DNA of 64,000 nucleotides, taken from the IMG/VR virus record IMGVR_UViG_3300044858_004394, positions 5,748 through 69,747 of that record; one strand, 5' to 3'. This DNA is from a virus. The translations under genes were made by a program, and so were the position numbers. Of the stretch, positions 1 through 8,622 are shown one piece after another (within the stretch, counting starts at the first letter, position 1; every line of letters begins with the position of its first letter). The notes under the pieces were generated by a model. The model searched no databases, had not been told where the DNA came from, and saw only the letters and a list, made by a program, of their open reading frames with translations.

Positions 1-290
1 GACGGAACGGTGTCATCCTCAAAGTGCAGATGGAACTCACTCTGCATCTCTGAGAATCCGTAGGACAAAGCACCAAGGATGGCGCGGTTGCATCCGGCCC
101 GGCCGGAAAACGCGACCGCCTCAAAGCCGTACTTCGCGGCGGTGGTCACCTGCTCTCGCGTCTCTTCGCACGGATCGAGCAGCACCGTCACGCGGCAGTC
201 TCCGATGCCCTCGCAACGTGAGAGCGCGGCAAGAGTCGCGCGCAGATACGCGGGTCTGTTGTACGCGGAAACCGTGACGTTCATGTTCAT
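1..290 (-). CDS. GT-A fold glycosyltransferase, N-terminal part (runs off window)
   Basis: Manual translation MNMNVTVSAYNRPAYLRATLAALSRC...FHLHFEDDTVP shows YNRP and EDD motifs; ATGA overlap with the upstream stop. Confidence 0.7.
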   Translation of the reverse strand, partial: MNMNVTVSAYNRPAYLRATLAALSRCEGIGDCRVTVLLDPCEETREQVTTAAKYGFEAVAFSGRAGCNRAILGALSYGFSEMQSEFHLHFEDDTVP

Positions 291-1846
291 GACACCTCCA
301 CCTGTCGCGGCGTCCAAGCCGGCGACACGCGGCCCTGCCAGTTGTCTCCGCTCTTGCCGAGATGAGCGACGGTGATCGGGAGCATCGCTACTCGCGGGAA
401 CGTCGCGGCGAAGTCCAAGTCGCACTTCTCCGCCGAATGGCTCCACTCCGCGTAGAGGCGGTGCGACTTGTAGAGATGGAAGAAGCCTGCGGGCCAGTCC
501 GGGTAGCCTTGCGTCGGCACTCCGGAGGCCACGGCGGCGTCGTCGTGGTAGTCAACGCGATGAGCGACGTACAGCGTGTCATCGTCTGGAGGCAGCGAGG
601 CCGCGACCGACCGCACGTTTCCCGGCACGACGATGTCGGCATCGACAATCAGTTGCCACGCGTTCGGGTGCGTCTGCCGGACCCACAGCTGCGCGAGCCT
701 CAGGGCGCCGGACTTATTGAAGGCGGCGCCATTCGCCTGCCAAAGGGCCGTGACGAGAACCTTTGCGTCATTGGCTTCGGCAATGGCGGTCGTCGTCGCG
801 GAGCCATCGGTCACGACGTAGACATGATCGACCTGCCTTCGCAGGTGTGGGAGCGTTACCTGAAGCTCACCGTCATAGTTGACGGCGACCACGATAGCCG
901 CGATCTCGATTGCCCCGTTTTCGATATAGTCGGTGGCCTTGCCGAGCCGGTCGCCAAGCTGATCGAGGCTCGTCACGACCTCGACCTCTCGGCCGCGAAT
1001 TTTCGGCCTGTAGATATCTGCGTGCGTCTTGCTGACCTGCTCCGTCGTGCCTCCGACTGCAAGCTCCCCATGTCCGCGGAGCGGAATCCCGCAGCGGTGG
1101 CAGTGGTAGCGAATCTGCTCCGCGTACGCCTCGATTCCTGCCTTCCACCAGCCCGGCACGATCCTGACCCCGGTGTCCGGGTAGTCCGGGTCGTTCTGGT
1201 GGAGCATCGCCTGCGCCCCGGCGATCTCGCAGAACCAGCCGCGAAGCTCGCCTCGGAAGACTCCGATCATGGCAGACCAGTACTTGTTGATATCGCAGTC
1301 TGCGATAAGCCTCCATCGCTCGCCTTCGTCCTCGATGACATCCTGCATGGCGACGAACACCGGCGAATGCCGGCTGTCACCATCAAGTCCTTTCACGTAC
1401 GGCGCCGCCTCGGGCCAGTCCATCGCGAACTCCTCCGCGGCCTCGCGGTCGAGGTGGACGTTGAGATTGCTGTACTTCGGATCGAAGGTCTGCCGGCAGG
1501 CGGCACCCTTGCCGTTCGGGTGATTGCACCAGAGGCCACGCTGCTCAAACGGAACCCACGAGTCGCGGAGGATGCCGCACAGTTCCTCAAAATGCGGGTG
1601 GATAGCCGGGTTGCCGCCGAACATTCCGACGACGCCGAAGTAGCCTTCCAAGCTCGCCACGGCTTCGCGGTACTGGTCCGGCGTCATCATGCCCGGCTTG
1701 CCGGCAAGGTTGCTGCCCTGCGTGCATCCGAAGCACGCCTTATCGCAGGCCCGCGTCACCCAAATCTGAAGCACACCGCCGTGTTCGTAGCAGTCTCGCC
1801 GCATGGAAGGGGCGACCATCCGAGAAATGGCATCGGCTTCGTTCAT
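287..1846 (-). CDS. Radical SAM-like domain fused to a C-terminal GT2-like glycosyltransferase domain
   Basis: CDKACFGC (CxxxCxxC) and GGNP motif; C-terminal LIVDADIVVP (DxD); start MNEADA overlaps the upstream stop (ATGA). Confidence 0.65.
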   Translation of the reverse strand: MNEADAISRMVAPSMRRDCYEHGGVLQIWVTRACDKACFGCTQGSNLAGKPGMMTPDQYREAVASLEGYFGVVGMFGGNPAIHPHFEELCGILRDSWVPFEQRGLWCNHPNGKGAACRQTFDPKYSNLNVHLDREAAEEFAMDWPEAAPYVKGLDGDSRHSPVFVAMQDVIEDEGERWRLIADCDINKYWSAMIGVFRGELRGWFCEIAGAQAMLHQNDPDYPDTGVRIVPGWWKAGIEAYAEQIRYHCHRCGIPLRGHGELAVGGTTEQVSKTHADIYRPKIRGREVEVVTSLDQLGDRLGKATDYIENGAIEIAAIVVAVNYDGELQVTLPHLRRQVDHVYVVTDGSATTTAIAEANDAKVLVTALWQANGAAFNKSGALRLAQLWVRQTHPNAWQLIVDADIVVPGNVRSVAASLPPDDDTLYVAHRVDYHDDAAVASGVPTQGYPDWPAGFFHLYKSHRLYAEWSHSAEKCDLDFAATFPRVAMLPITVAHLGKSGDNWQGRVSPAWTPRQVEVS

Positions 1847-2469
1847 CGCTTCACCCAGATGGAGGAGCCGTTTCGGACGAATGCGCTGCACCAGACGCAC
1901 GCCCACTCCGGAGATGCGGCCAGTGTGTCGTGGGCTTGGGCGCACTTGTAGGCGGAGTAAACGTCGTCGAGCATGAAGCAGCGCACGCGACCCCGCAGAA
2001 GCCGGAACTCGTCGAGCCCCGTGAACTCGCTGCCGTCTAGCAGGGCGAAGTCATAGCTGTCGGCAGGGTGCGCCTCCAGATATCCGGCCGGCGAGGAATC
2101 CATGTACTCAATGAACTGGTCCCACCACCCCCGGACCTGATCCTCCGGGTAGGCGAGCCTGTTGTGCGGGCTGTTCCATACGTCCGCAAAACTCCGCGGT
2201 GTCAGCGAGCCGGCCGAAATCGAAGAGCCGTGGTATGCCTCGACCCACGGCGTTTCGGCGAATCGCTCCGCCAGCCGTTCGTGCCTTTCCCTCACGCTCT
2301 CGATTGCCACGAGCCTCGGCTGCGGCTGTCGGCTCAGTGCAGCCACGATGACGGACGTAGAGCCGGAACCGTCCCACGATCCGATCTCGATCCCGGACCG
2401 ATAGCCGAACGAAAGGATCGTCGTGGCGATGGCCCGGCCGAAGTCGTCGTGTGCCGTGATCTCTGGCAT
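1843..2469 (-). CDS. Class I SAM-dependent methyltransferase-like protein
   Basis: IEIGSWDGSGST motif I; LLDG and MLDD strand ends. Confidence 0.6.
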   Translation of the reverse strand: MPEITAHDDFGRAIATTILSFGYRSGIEIGSWDGSGSTSVIVAALSRQPQPRLVAIESVRERHERLAERFAETPWVEAYHGSSISAGSLTPRSFADVWNSPHNRLAYPEDQVRGWWDQFIEYMDSSPAGYLEAHPADSYDFALLDGSEFTGLDEFRLLRGRVRCFMLDDVYSAYKCAQAHDTLAASPEWACVWCSAFVRNGSSIWVKR

Positions 2470-2476
2470 TGATGCT

Positions 2477-2702
2477 CTATCGCTCTAGCGACACTCCTCG
2501 CTCGTCCAAGTTGCGGTGCAGTTCGTCGCGGACCTTTTGCAACGCGTCGGCTACATCTGAAGAGAGTTCTCCGTACTTCAGGCGGCTTCTCAGGTAGCTG
2601 TCCATCTCCCACAGAACGGCATGAGCGCCCCTTCCGTCCACGGCGCAGCGGAAGTCGTCTTCATCATCGGGGAGCAAAAACGTGAACGTGACTTTAGCCA
2701 AG
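2477..2702 (-). CDS. Small hypothetical phage protein (start approximate)
   Basis: C-terminal part of ORF 2477..2899 (LAKVTFTFLLPDDEDDF...) looks protein-like and packs with its neighbours. Confidence 0.45.
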
Positions 2703-3095
2703 GTGCAATATCCAGTCGTTGCCGTTACGGGTGTAGTTGTAAACGTCACGAAACCCCAGCGACCTCGCAAGAGGAATGCAGTCCGGCGAGAAGACTGCAA
2801 GAGGCTGTTTCCTGTTGAGGTAGCTCGTGGAGAGAAGAACCATCGCGCCGATGGACGCAAGGCCGCACCGCCTCCTGTCCTCCGCGACGAAAGCCTCAAG
2901 GGTTTGCTGTCCGCGCCACTCGTGCGACGCGACCCACGCCACCGGCTCTCCGACGCAGATGACGACGACAGGTGTGTCCGACTTCCCCTCGCGGAACTCC
3001 GCCTGCATCTCCGAGCCTTCGCGGCAGAGCTTGGTGGCGCAGTACTCCGCCGTGTCTTTGCATAGCTCGCCGATTGTCAAAAGCTCGATCTCCAC
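2694..3095 (-). CDS. Hypothetical protein
   Basis: 133-aa ORF abutting the protease gene. Confidence 0.5.
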   Translation of the reverse strand: MEIELLTIGELCKDTAEYCATKLCREGSEMQAEFREGKSDTPVVVICVGEPVAWVASHEWRGQQTLEAFVAEDRRRCGLASIGAMVLLSTSYLNRKQPLAVFSPDCIPLARSLGFRDVYNYTRNGNDWILHLG

Positions 3096-3830
3096 TCAGT
3101 TGTTCTCCGTCGTGTCGGCGATCCAGTCGCGGTAAAGCCACACGTTCGTGTGGCATGACTCCTCGCCGTAATTGCCGCGGCGTCTGCCGGCCGGCCTCGC
3201 CGTGTAGCTGTGAAGCCCCACGAGATTGCCATCGTCGTCAAACAAGGGGCCTCCGGAATCACCGGACGCCGGGCAATACAAAAGCCGGCAGCACCCGCGA
3301 TCCGCGAAGCACACGACGCATGTGTTTTCCGTATGCCGGACGATTGCGTTCCCGGCCCGCAGCCGACCGTCATAGCTCAAATCACCGCCGTCCAATTTGC
3401 CGAACATTCCGAAGCCGACCACGGAAACGCCACTGCCCATCCGAGCCTCGGCCAAAGGCGGGTACTCTCTCTCGGACAGCGAGCGGGCGAGCTTCACGAG
3501 CGCGATGTCGTGAAAACCGATCCGCTGCTTGTCGAAGCGAGGCTCCTGAAAAACCGCGGACGCCTCGACGGTCGTGCCGTCGGCGAAGCGAACGCGAACG
3601 TCTCGCGGGGCGTCGGAAATCACGTGCGCGGCCGTGAGTACCCAGTCCTGCGAAATCGCCACGCCGCTGCCCTTGGCCCTGAGACCTCGCCTCTCCTCGC
3701 CAGAAACCTCACACGTTACAGCGGCCCACCGGCGGCCGGCGTCGATGTAAAGCTCGTCCGGAGTGTCGTTGTCGCGGTGTCCGGCCAATGCCGTGGCCGC
3801 GATCAAGAGGTGTGCAGCGGCGAGTCTCAC
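3096..3830 (-). CDS. Trypsin-like (S1) serine protease with signal-peptide-like N-terminus
   Basis: LTAAH, DIAL and GDSGGP catalytic triad motifs; hydrophobic N-terminus MRLAAAHLLIAATALAG. Confidence 0.85.
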   Translation of the reverse strand: MRLAAAHLLIAATALAGHRDNDTPDELYIDAGRRWAAVTCEVSGEERRGLRAKGSGVAISQDWVLTAAHVISDAPRDVRVRFADGTTVEASAVFQEPRFDKQRIGFHDIALVKLARSLSEREYPPLAEARMGSGVSVVGFGMFGKLDGGDLSYDGRLRAGNAIVRHTENTCVVCFADRGCCRLLYCPASGDSGGPLFDDDGNLVGLHSYTARPAGRRRGNYGEESCHTNVWLYRDWIADTTENN

Positions 3831-4951
3831 GGCCCCTCCATCGAAAGCGGCATGATCACCTCAGTCGTTGAATCGCACCGAAAGACCGCGGCGCTCTCGC
3901 CGTCGGCGATCTCCAGTTCGACGGGGCAGGCGGGATCGTCGATGCTGCGAACGAACTCAGCGACGTACTTCGGGTGAAGCTTGATCTTCGCCGCGACGCC
4001 CTTTGCAATGAACGGGACTTCCGCAGCGGACTTGCCGATCTCCGAACTCTCGCTCGTCAGCTTGAGCGCCTCGCCCTCAGTCGAGAACACAACGCCGCAC
4101 GATGTCTCGCTCGTGCAGACAGCGACCGCACGGGTTGCCGCAAGCAGCGGAGCCGCATCAACCACCGACGCCTCAACCTCGCGATCCGGGATCACCTTCC
4201 GCCAGTCTGGAAATGGTGCGGACAGGAGCCGGCACGCGATGACCTTGTCCGCAATAGTCGCGACAGCCTCGTTGCCGTTGGCCTCGATCTGGACGGCATC
4301 GTCACTGTCCGCAGCGATGGCCGCGATGGCCTCGACAGACGAAGCCGGAATCAGCGTTCGCGAGTCGTCAACGGCTTGGTCGATCTCAAGCTCATAGGTT
4401 GCCAGACGCCGGCCGTCTGTAGCCGCCAGCACGACTGTGCCATCGGCAACGTCGATCAGAACACCAGCGAACGCCGGCCTCGATCCGCGGCCGTCCGCGG
4501 CGTGGATGACGCTCTTCACGGCGCGAACAAACTGATCGGCCGGGATTCGGCAGACCGGCGACACGGCGTTCTTCGTGATGTCCGGGTAGCTGTCGATGTC
4601 CTCCAGCGGCAAACGCCACGCCATGCTGCCGCATCGAACCGTGCATGTGCCTTCGGCGAACGTCAGCGTCAGGTCGTCTGCCTCACACAGCCCGAGAATC
4701 TGCGAAAGCCTCGCGTGCGGAAGCAGGGTATCCAAACAATCGAACGGCACGATGGCCGAAATCTGGAGGTCGCCGTTGTACGCGGAGGCCGTCCCGTCTC
4801 TGACAATCACGTTTCGCAGAACCTGCGTCGGGCAGGACGCCGACGCGACCGCCGGCTTGAGGATGTCCAGAAGCGCCTTGAGGTCACTTCTTGCGAGGTT
4901 GAGGCGTGTGCCACCAGTTGTCTGCCGTCTGGCCGTTGCTGTTGCGGTCAT
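3827..4951 (-). CDS. dnaN: DNA polymerase III beta sliding clamp homologue
   Basis: 374 aa; LAATDGRRLA, PFPDWRKVIP and C-terminal VIMPL motifs. Confidence 0.9.
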   Translation of the reverse strand: MTATATARRQTTGGTRLNLARSDLKALLDILKPAVASASCPTQVLRNVIVRDGTASAYNGDLQISAIVPFDCLDTLLPHARLSQILGLCEADDLTLTFAEGTCTVRCGSMAWRLPLEDIDSYPDITKNAVSPVCRIPADQFVRAVKSVIHAADGRGSRPAFAGVLIDVADGTVVLAATDGRRLATYELEIDQAVDDSRTLIPASSVEAIAAIAADSDDAVQIEANGNEAVATIADKVIACRLLSAPFPDWRKVIPDREVEASVVDAAPLLAATRAVAVCTSETSCGVVFSTEGEALKLTSESSEIGKSAAEVPFIAKGVAAKIKLHPKYVAEFVRSIDDPACPVELEIADGESAAVFRCDSTTEVIMPLSMEGP

Positions 4952-5050
4952 TGCGTGACTCCTTTCGACTGTTCACTCCCACGTACACTCCAAGCGCGAA
5001 CGTCGCGAACTGGAGAAGAACACCGATACTGATCAGCGCGAGTTGCTCGA

Positions 5051-5329
5051 TCATTGGCTCAGGCAGGCCGCTGCCTCCTCCTTGCTGTGAACCACGTGGC
5101 AGACCGCGCCGCCCTCTCGCTCTATTTCGTTCATGCGTTTTCGTTGGATCGCCGTCGGGTGCTTGCCGGGCTGCTTCACCTCAAGGAACATCGCGTGTCC
5201 GTTCTTGAGGCAGAGCAGGTCGGGCACTCCGCTCAATTGATATGGCCCGCCGTGAATCTTCATGGCCCACCACCCATGGTGTTTGGCTTCCCGAACAATC
5301 AAAGCGACGATTGACGATTCTCTTGGCAT
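5051..5329 (-). CDS. VRR-NUC domain nuclease
   Basis: GVPDLLCL...FLEVKQPG...Q PD-(D/E)XK pattern. Confidence 0.85.
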   Translation of the reverse strand: MPRESSIVALIVREAKHHGWWAMKIHGGPYQLSGVPDLLCLKNGHAMFLEVKQPGKHPTAIQRKRMNEIEREGGAVCHVVHSKEEAAACLSQ

Positions 5330-5817
5330 CCGCTTCTCCGGTACTCCCTACAGTCCGTCATGTCGATGAACGCGTTGGCCCGATCTGCCACGCCGCCATT
5401 GATGCTCTTCTGCGTCGTCGTCCGGCGGCATTCAAACGGTGCGGCGAAGGTTCCGTCTTCGTCTGCAAGCCTCCGCGTCAGGAGGACGCCGTCGGCCGCG
5501 ATGTAGAGAAACCCGACGAACGGCACGCGGAGCGACCTTGCGACCGCAGCGCCGCGAACGAGCTTGTCCATCGTGACGAGCCAAGAGTTGCCGAACGTGG
5601 TCCGGAAGTCGTCGAGAGTGATGCCGTAGCGGCACTTGCCCTCGATGACGGCAGCAACGTCTCCGAGCGGATCGATCAAGAATCCGTCGATGTCGCTCTG
5701 CCGGTCGCGGGGCAACAGGGCAACCCGCCAGCCGACGTTTGCGCTTTCCCACAAAGCGACCGCCTCGTCGAAGTCTTCGACGGAACGAAGGCCGGCAGGT
5801 GTGACGACATCAAGCAT
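5299..5817 (-). CDS. Hypothetical PD-(D/E)XK-like protein
   Basis: DIDG...VIEGKCR pattern. Confidence 0.5.
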   Translation of the reverse strand: MLDVVTPAGLRSVEDFDEAVALWESANVGWRVALLPRDRQSDIDGFLIDPLGDVAAVIEGKCRYGITLDDFRTTFGNSWLVTMDKLVRGAAVARSLRVPFVGFLYIAADGVLLTRRLADEDGTFAAPFECRRTTTQKSINGGVADRANAFIDMTDCREYRRSGCQENRQSSL

Positions 5818-6538
5818 CGAGGCAATCCTTTGCCATCCTCACAGCGTCTCCGTTGAAACAACGGCGACACTGTTCGCACACCCGAACAATCGACTTGCTC
5901 AGGTTGAGTGGACAATCGTGAGCGACGGATGGATTTTCGTCAAGCTCATATCCGTCACGAAAAATGACCGGCGCTGCCAGCGGCGCTGGCACCTCGCCCC
6001 GGTCGCATTGATATGACCAGAACCACTGGAGTCCGGCAGGCGCGATCTCGCGGAATCGAGCGAGCCGGTCCCATGAAGTCCTGTCCACAGAGATGTGAAC
6101 GTAGACGTTCTGGCGAGGATGGATCGTTGCGGCAATTTCGGGCTTTCGGCTCACGACCCACTGCGGCACCTCGGGCAGCATCTCGGCCACCGCGTCGATG
6201 CACCGTGGCGTCTCGGCCACGAGGTCGCCGCCGCCGCACCAGCGTATGAACGACAGCTTGAGCCGCGTCGCCCAGCCGGCGATGCTGCCGGCCAGCTTCT
6301 GCGGGTCGGCCCGCAGCGAGTTCAAAAGCCTGTGCTGTTTGTCGAGGCTCGCGGGCCACGTGGACGGCCCCTTGGCGAAGTAACACGTTTCGCTGCACAC
6401 GGGCGACGGCGTGCATGTCCCGACGATTGGGAAATTCAGGCTGTGCCCAGTCACCTTGTTGGTGCTGAATGGGTTTTCCCCGTCTCGCAGGAGCCGGGAA
6501 TGCCCCTGCGGTTTCTTTGCCAGCGTGGCAACGCTCAT
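5810..6538 (-). CDS. Gp88-like Fe-S / radical SAM-related phage protein
   Basis: CTPSPVCSETCY, IRWCGGGD and C-terminal C..CxxCxxC. Confidence 0.6.
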   Translation of the reverse strand: MSVATLAKKPQGHSRLLRDGENPFSTNKVTGHSLNFPIVGTCTPSPVCSETCYFAKGPSTWPASLDKQHRLLNSLRADPQKLAGSIAGWATRLKLSFIRWCGGGDLVAETPRCIDAVAEMLPEVPQWVVSRKPEIAATIHPRQNVYVHISVDRTSWDRLARFREIAPAGLQWFWSYQCDRGEVPAPLAAPVIFRDGYELDENPSVAHDCPLNLSKSIVRVCEQCRRCFNGDAVRMAKDCLDA

Positions 6539-6568
6539 GCGGCCACCTGACCAAACCTGTCAAGAGAA

Positions 6569-6599
6569 CCGCCCGCCGCGGAAGGTGCGCGGCGGGCGG
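6569..6599. terminator. GC-rich hairpin (possible terminator)
   Basis: ccgcccgccgcg-gaaggtg-cgcggcgggcgg inverted repeat in an intergenic gap. Confidence 0.5.
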
Positions 6600-6679
6600 C
6601 AGGAGCCTTTGCAGGCGACCGTGGATATACGCCTCTCACGGCTTGGCGACCAATGCGGCCGATGGACAGCAGCCAGCTT

Positions 6680-7030
6680 TCAAGCCGATGGTGCGGCTGA
6701 TTCCAAGTACTCCGTGATCCTCGTACGAAGCTTCTCGTTCGTGTCCCGCAGATGCTCCAGATACCGCCGGCCGTTCGGCTCCGCGTCCGCTTCCGCGAAC
6801 GTCATGCCGGCGAACCGACCGTACTGAAACTTGAAGCTGGAGGCGTCTCCCTGCGGCCGGATGAGCGGAGCCGACCGCACCATGCCGGCGGCCTTCTCCA
6901 GAACGCCGCAGAAGACGCACTCCAGAACGTCCTCCCACTGGCCGCTCTTCGTCCGGCGTTCGTCGATGCACTCCCAGCTTGATGCCTTGCATCGGTAGCA
7001 GACGAGCTTTGTTTCGTAGAAGTCGATCAT
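6680..7030 (-). CDS. Zn-ribbon protein with C-terminal FGKY-like (DUF3820/ExoX-C-like) module
   Basis: Two CxxC pairs; FQYGRFAGMTFAE motif. Confidence 0.55.
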   Translation of the reverse strand: MIDFYETKLVCYRCKASSWECIDERRTKSGQWEDVLECVFCGVLEKAAGMVRSAPLIRPQGDASSFKFQYGRFAGMTFAEADAEPNGRRYLEHLRDTNEKLRTRITEYLESAAPSA

Positions 7031-7377
7031 GTGGCCTCCGCGATCATGTGACTAACTGCGAGCCAGAACGACGCGTACTCCGGATCGCAGATGACGAGCG
7101 ACAGCCCGTCGTCGAAGAGGGACGGGTCGCTGCCGGAACGCGTCCATCGCGTCATGTCTTCCACGTAGACGGGGCACTTGAGCCGCTTGGATTGCGCTAT
7201 GGCCGCTGCCCTCTGCGGCAGTTCTCCGCTGCCGCTTGCGATGTCCACGTAGACCCCGAGAACGCCGGCTTTGTCCTTGCGAGCCTTTGCTTGGCAGCAC
7301 TCGATCTGCCGGACGATGCCGCTGCCCCATGACTGGGTTCGCGAGCTAACTCGCGCGTAAATCACGCACCGGGCCAT
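7027..7377 (-). CDS. Stand-alone serine recombinase (resolvase) catalytic domain
   Basis: VIYARVSS...Q, YVDIASG and VEDMTRWTR motifs; no DNA-binding domain. Confidence 0.7.
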   Translation of the reverse strand: MARCVIYARVSSRTQSWGSGIVRQIECCQAKARKDKAGVLGVYVDIASGSGELPQRAAAIAQSKRLKCPVYVEDMTRWTRSGSDPSLFDDGLSLVICDPEYASFWLAVSHMIAEAT

Positions 7378-7532
7378 CCGCCCCTCCTCCCTCGTTTTCT
7401 GGACGCCTTCTTCAGCTTCGACCAACGGGCCTTGAACCCATCGCAGGTCGCCTCGATCAGTTCCTGCGGAGGCTCATAGACCCGGTACTTTCCTGTCCTG
7501 TGCTTGTCGTCTCTTGGTGCGTTCCTAGACAC
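7362..7532 (-). CDS. Small hypothetical protein (56 aa, not in ORF track)
   Basis: Manual translation MSRNAPRDDKHRTGKYRVYEPPQELIEATCDGFKARWS...; fills the gap between neighbours. Confidence 0.45.
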   Translation of the reverse strand: MSRNAPRDDKHRTGKYRVYEPPQELIEATCDGFKARWSKLKKASRKRGRRGGWPGA

Positions 7533-8622
7533 GCGTCGTTCCCTCGATGACCTCTACGCTCCCCGTGTCGAACAGCCCGATGCTGTCCTTCACCTCTGTG
7601 ATCCGCTGTTTGGCGAGCTTCGCGTACTCCGGATTGAGTTCGCACCCGACTCCGCTGCGGCCAAGCTCCGCGGCAACGGCCAACGTCGTGCCGCTGCCGG
7701 CGAATGGGTCGAGAACCGTGCATGGCACGACCTCGCGCTCTCCGCACTCGCACCCGGCCTGCCAGCCGGTCGTTTTCGTCTTCGTGCAGTGCCGCAGCGG
7801 GTCGCGGTTGCCGACGACCTCGGAGGCCGAGTCATCCGCGACGGCGTAGACCTTCGACACCGCCCCCGGCCGCGTCGGCTCGCGATGTCGCTCGACCACG
7901 CGGGTGTATGGAGCGCCGCACCGCGAGCAGCATCCTCGCTCGCTCGTGCCGGCCTCGATGCACGGCTTCACCAGAGCGGGCGGCATGACGGCGAAGTGGG
8001 CACCGCTGTAGGGCTTCGTCGTGATCGTCCAGACGGAGCGGCGGTTGCGGCCTGTTGGATCGCAGTAAGGGATTCCCTCACGCCCCGCGTCATTCCGAAG
8101 TGTGCTGTCAGCGCCGTTCTTGCGCATGTTGCGAGTCTTTCCGATCAAGTCGGGTCGCGCACTTTCTTCCTTCACCGCATCCGCGTCGTAGTAATACCGC
8201 TCGCTCTTGGTGAGCAGGAAAACGTATTCGTGTGCCTTCGTGCAGCGATCCCGAACGCTCTCGGGCATCGGGTTTGGCTTGTGCCAGATGATGTCCTGCC
8301 GCAGCCACCAACCGTCGGCCTGAAGGGCGAAGGCGACTCTCCACGGAATCCCCAAGAGGTGCTTCTTGTCTCCGTAGGTGTCTCCGATATTGAGCCAGCA
8401 CGTGGCGTCGCTTCTCATCACGCGCCGAACCTCGCGAAACACGCCGACCAATCGAGTGACGTAAGCCTCCGGGTTTTTCTCAACCCCGATCTGGCCGTCG
8501 CGCTGGTAGTCGCGGAGATTCCAGTACGGTGGCGAGGTGACGCAGCAATGCACGCTCGCATCCGGCAGCGTTCGCAGACCTTCAACGCAATCGCCGACGA
8601 TTATCCTCTGGAGGGTCTGCAT
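7525..8622 (-). CDS. N4-cytosine/N6-adenine DNA methyltransferase (beta class) with Cys-rich insertion
   Basis: TSPPY catalytic motif, HFAVMP and VLDPFAGSGTT; CCSRC...CEC insertion. Confidence 0.92.
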   Translation of the reverse strand: MQTLQRIIVGDCVEGLRTLPDASVHCCVTSPPYWNLRDYQRDGQIGVEKNPEAYVTRLVGVFREVRRVMRSDATCWLNIGDTYGDKKHLLGIPWRVAFALQADGWWLRQDIIWHKPNPMPESVRDRCTKAHEYVFLLTKSERYYYDADAVKEESARPDLIGKTRNMRKNGADSTLRNDAGREGIPYCDPTGRNRRSVWTITTKPYSGAHFAVMPPALVKPCIEAGTSERGCCSRCGAPYTRVVERHREPTRPGAVSKVYAVADDSASEVVGNRDPLRHCTKTKTTGWQAGCECGEREVVPCTVLDPFAGSGTTLAVAAELGRSGVGCELNPEYAKLAKQRITEVKDSIGLFDTGSVEVIEGTTRV

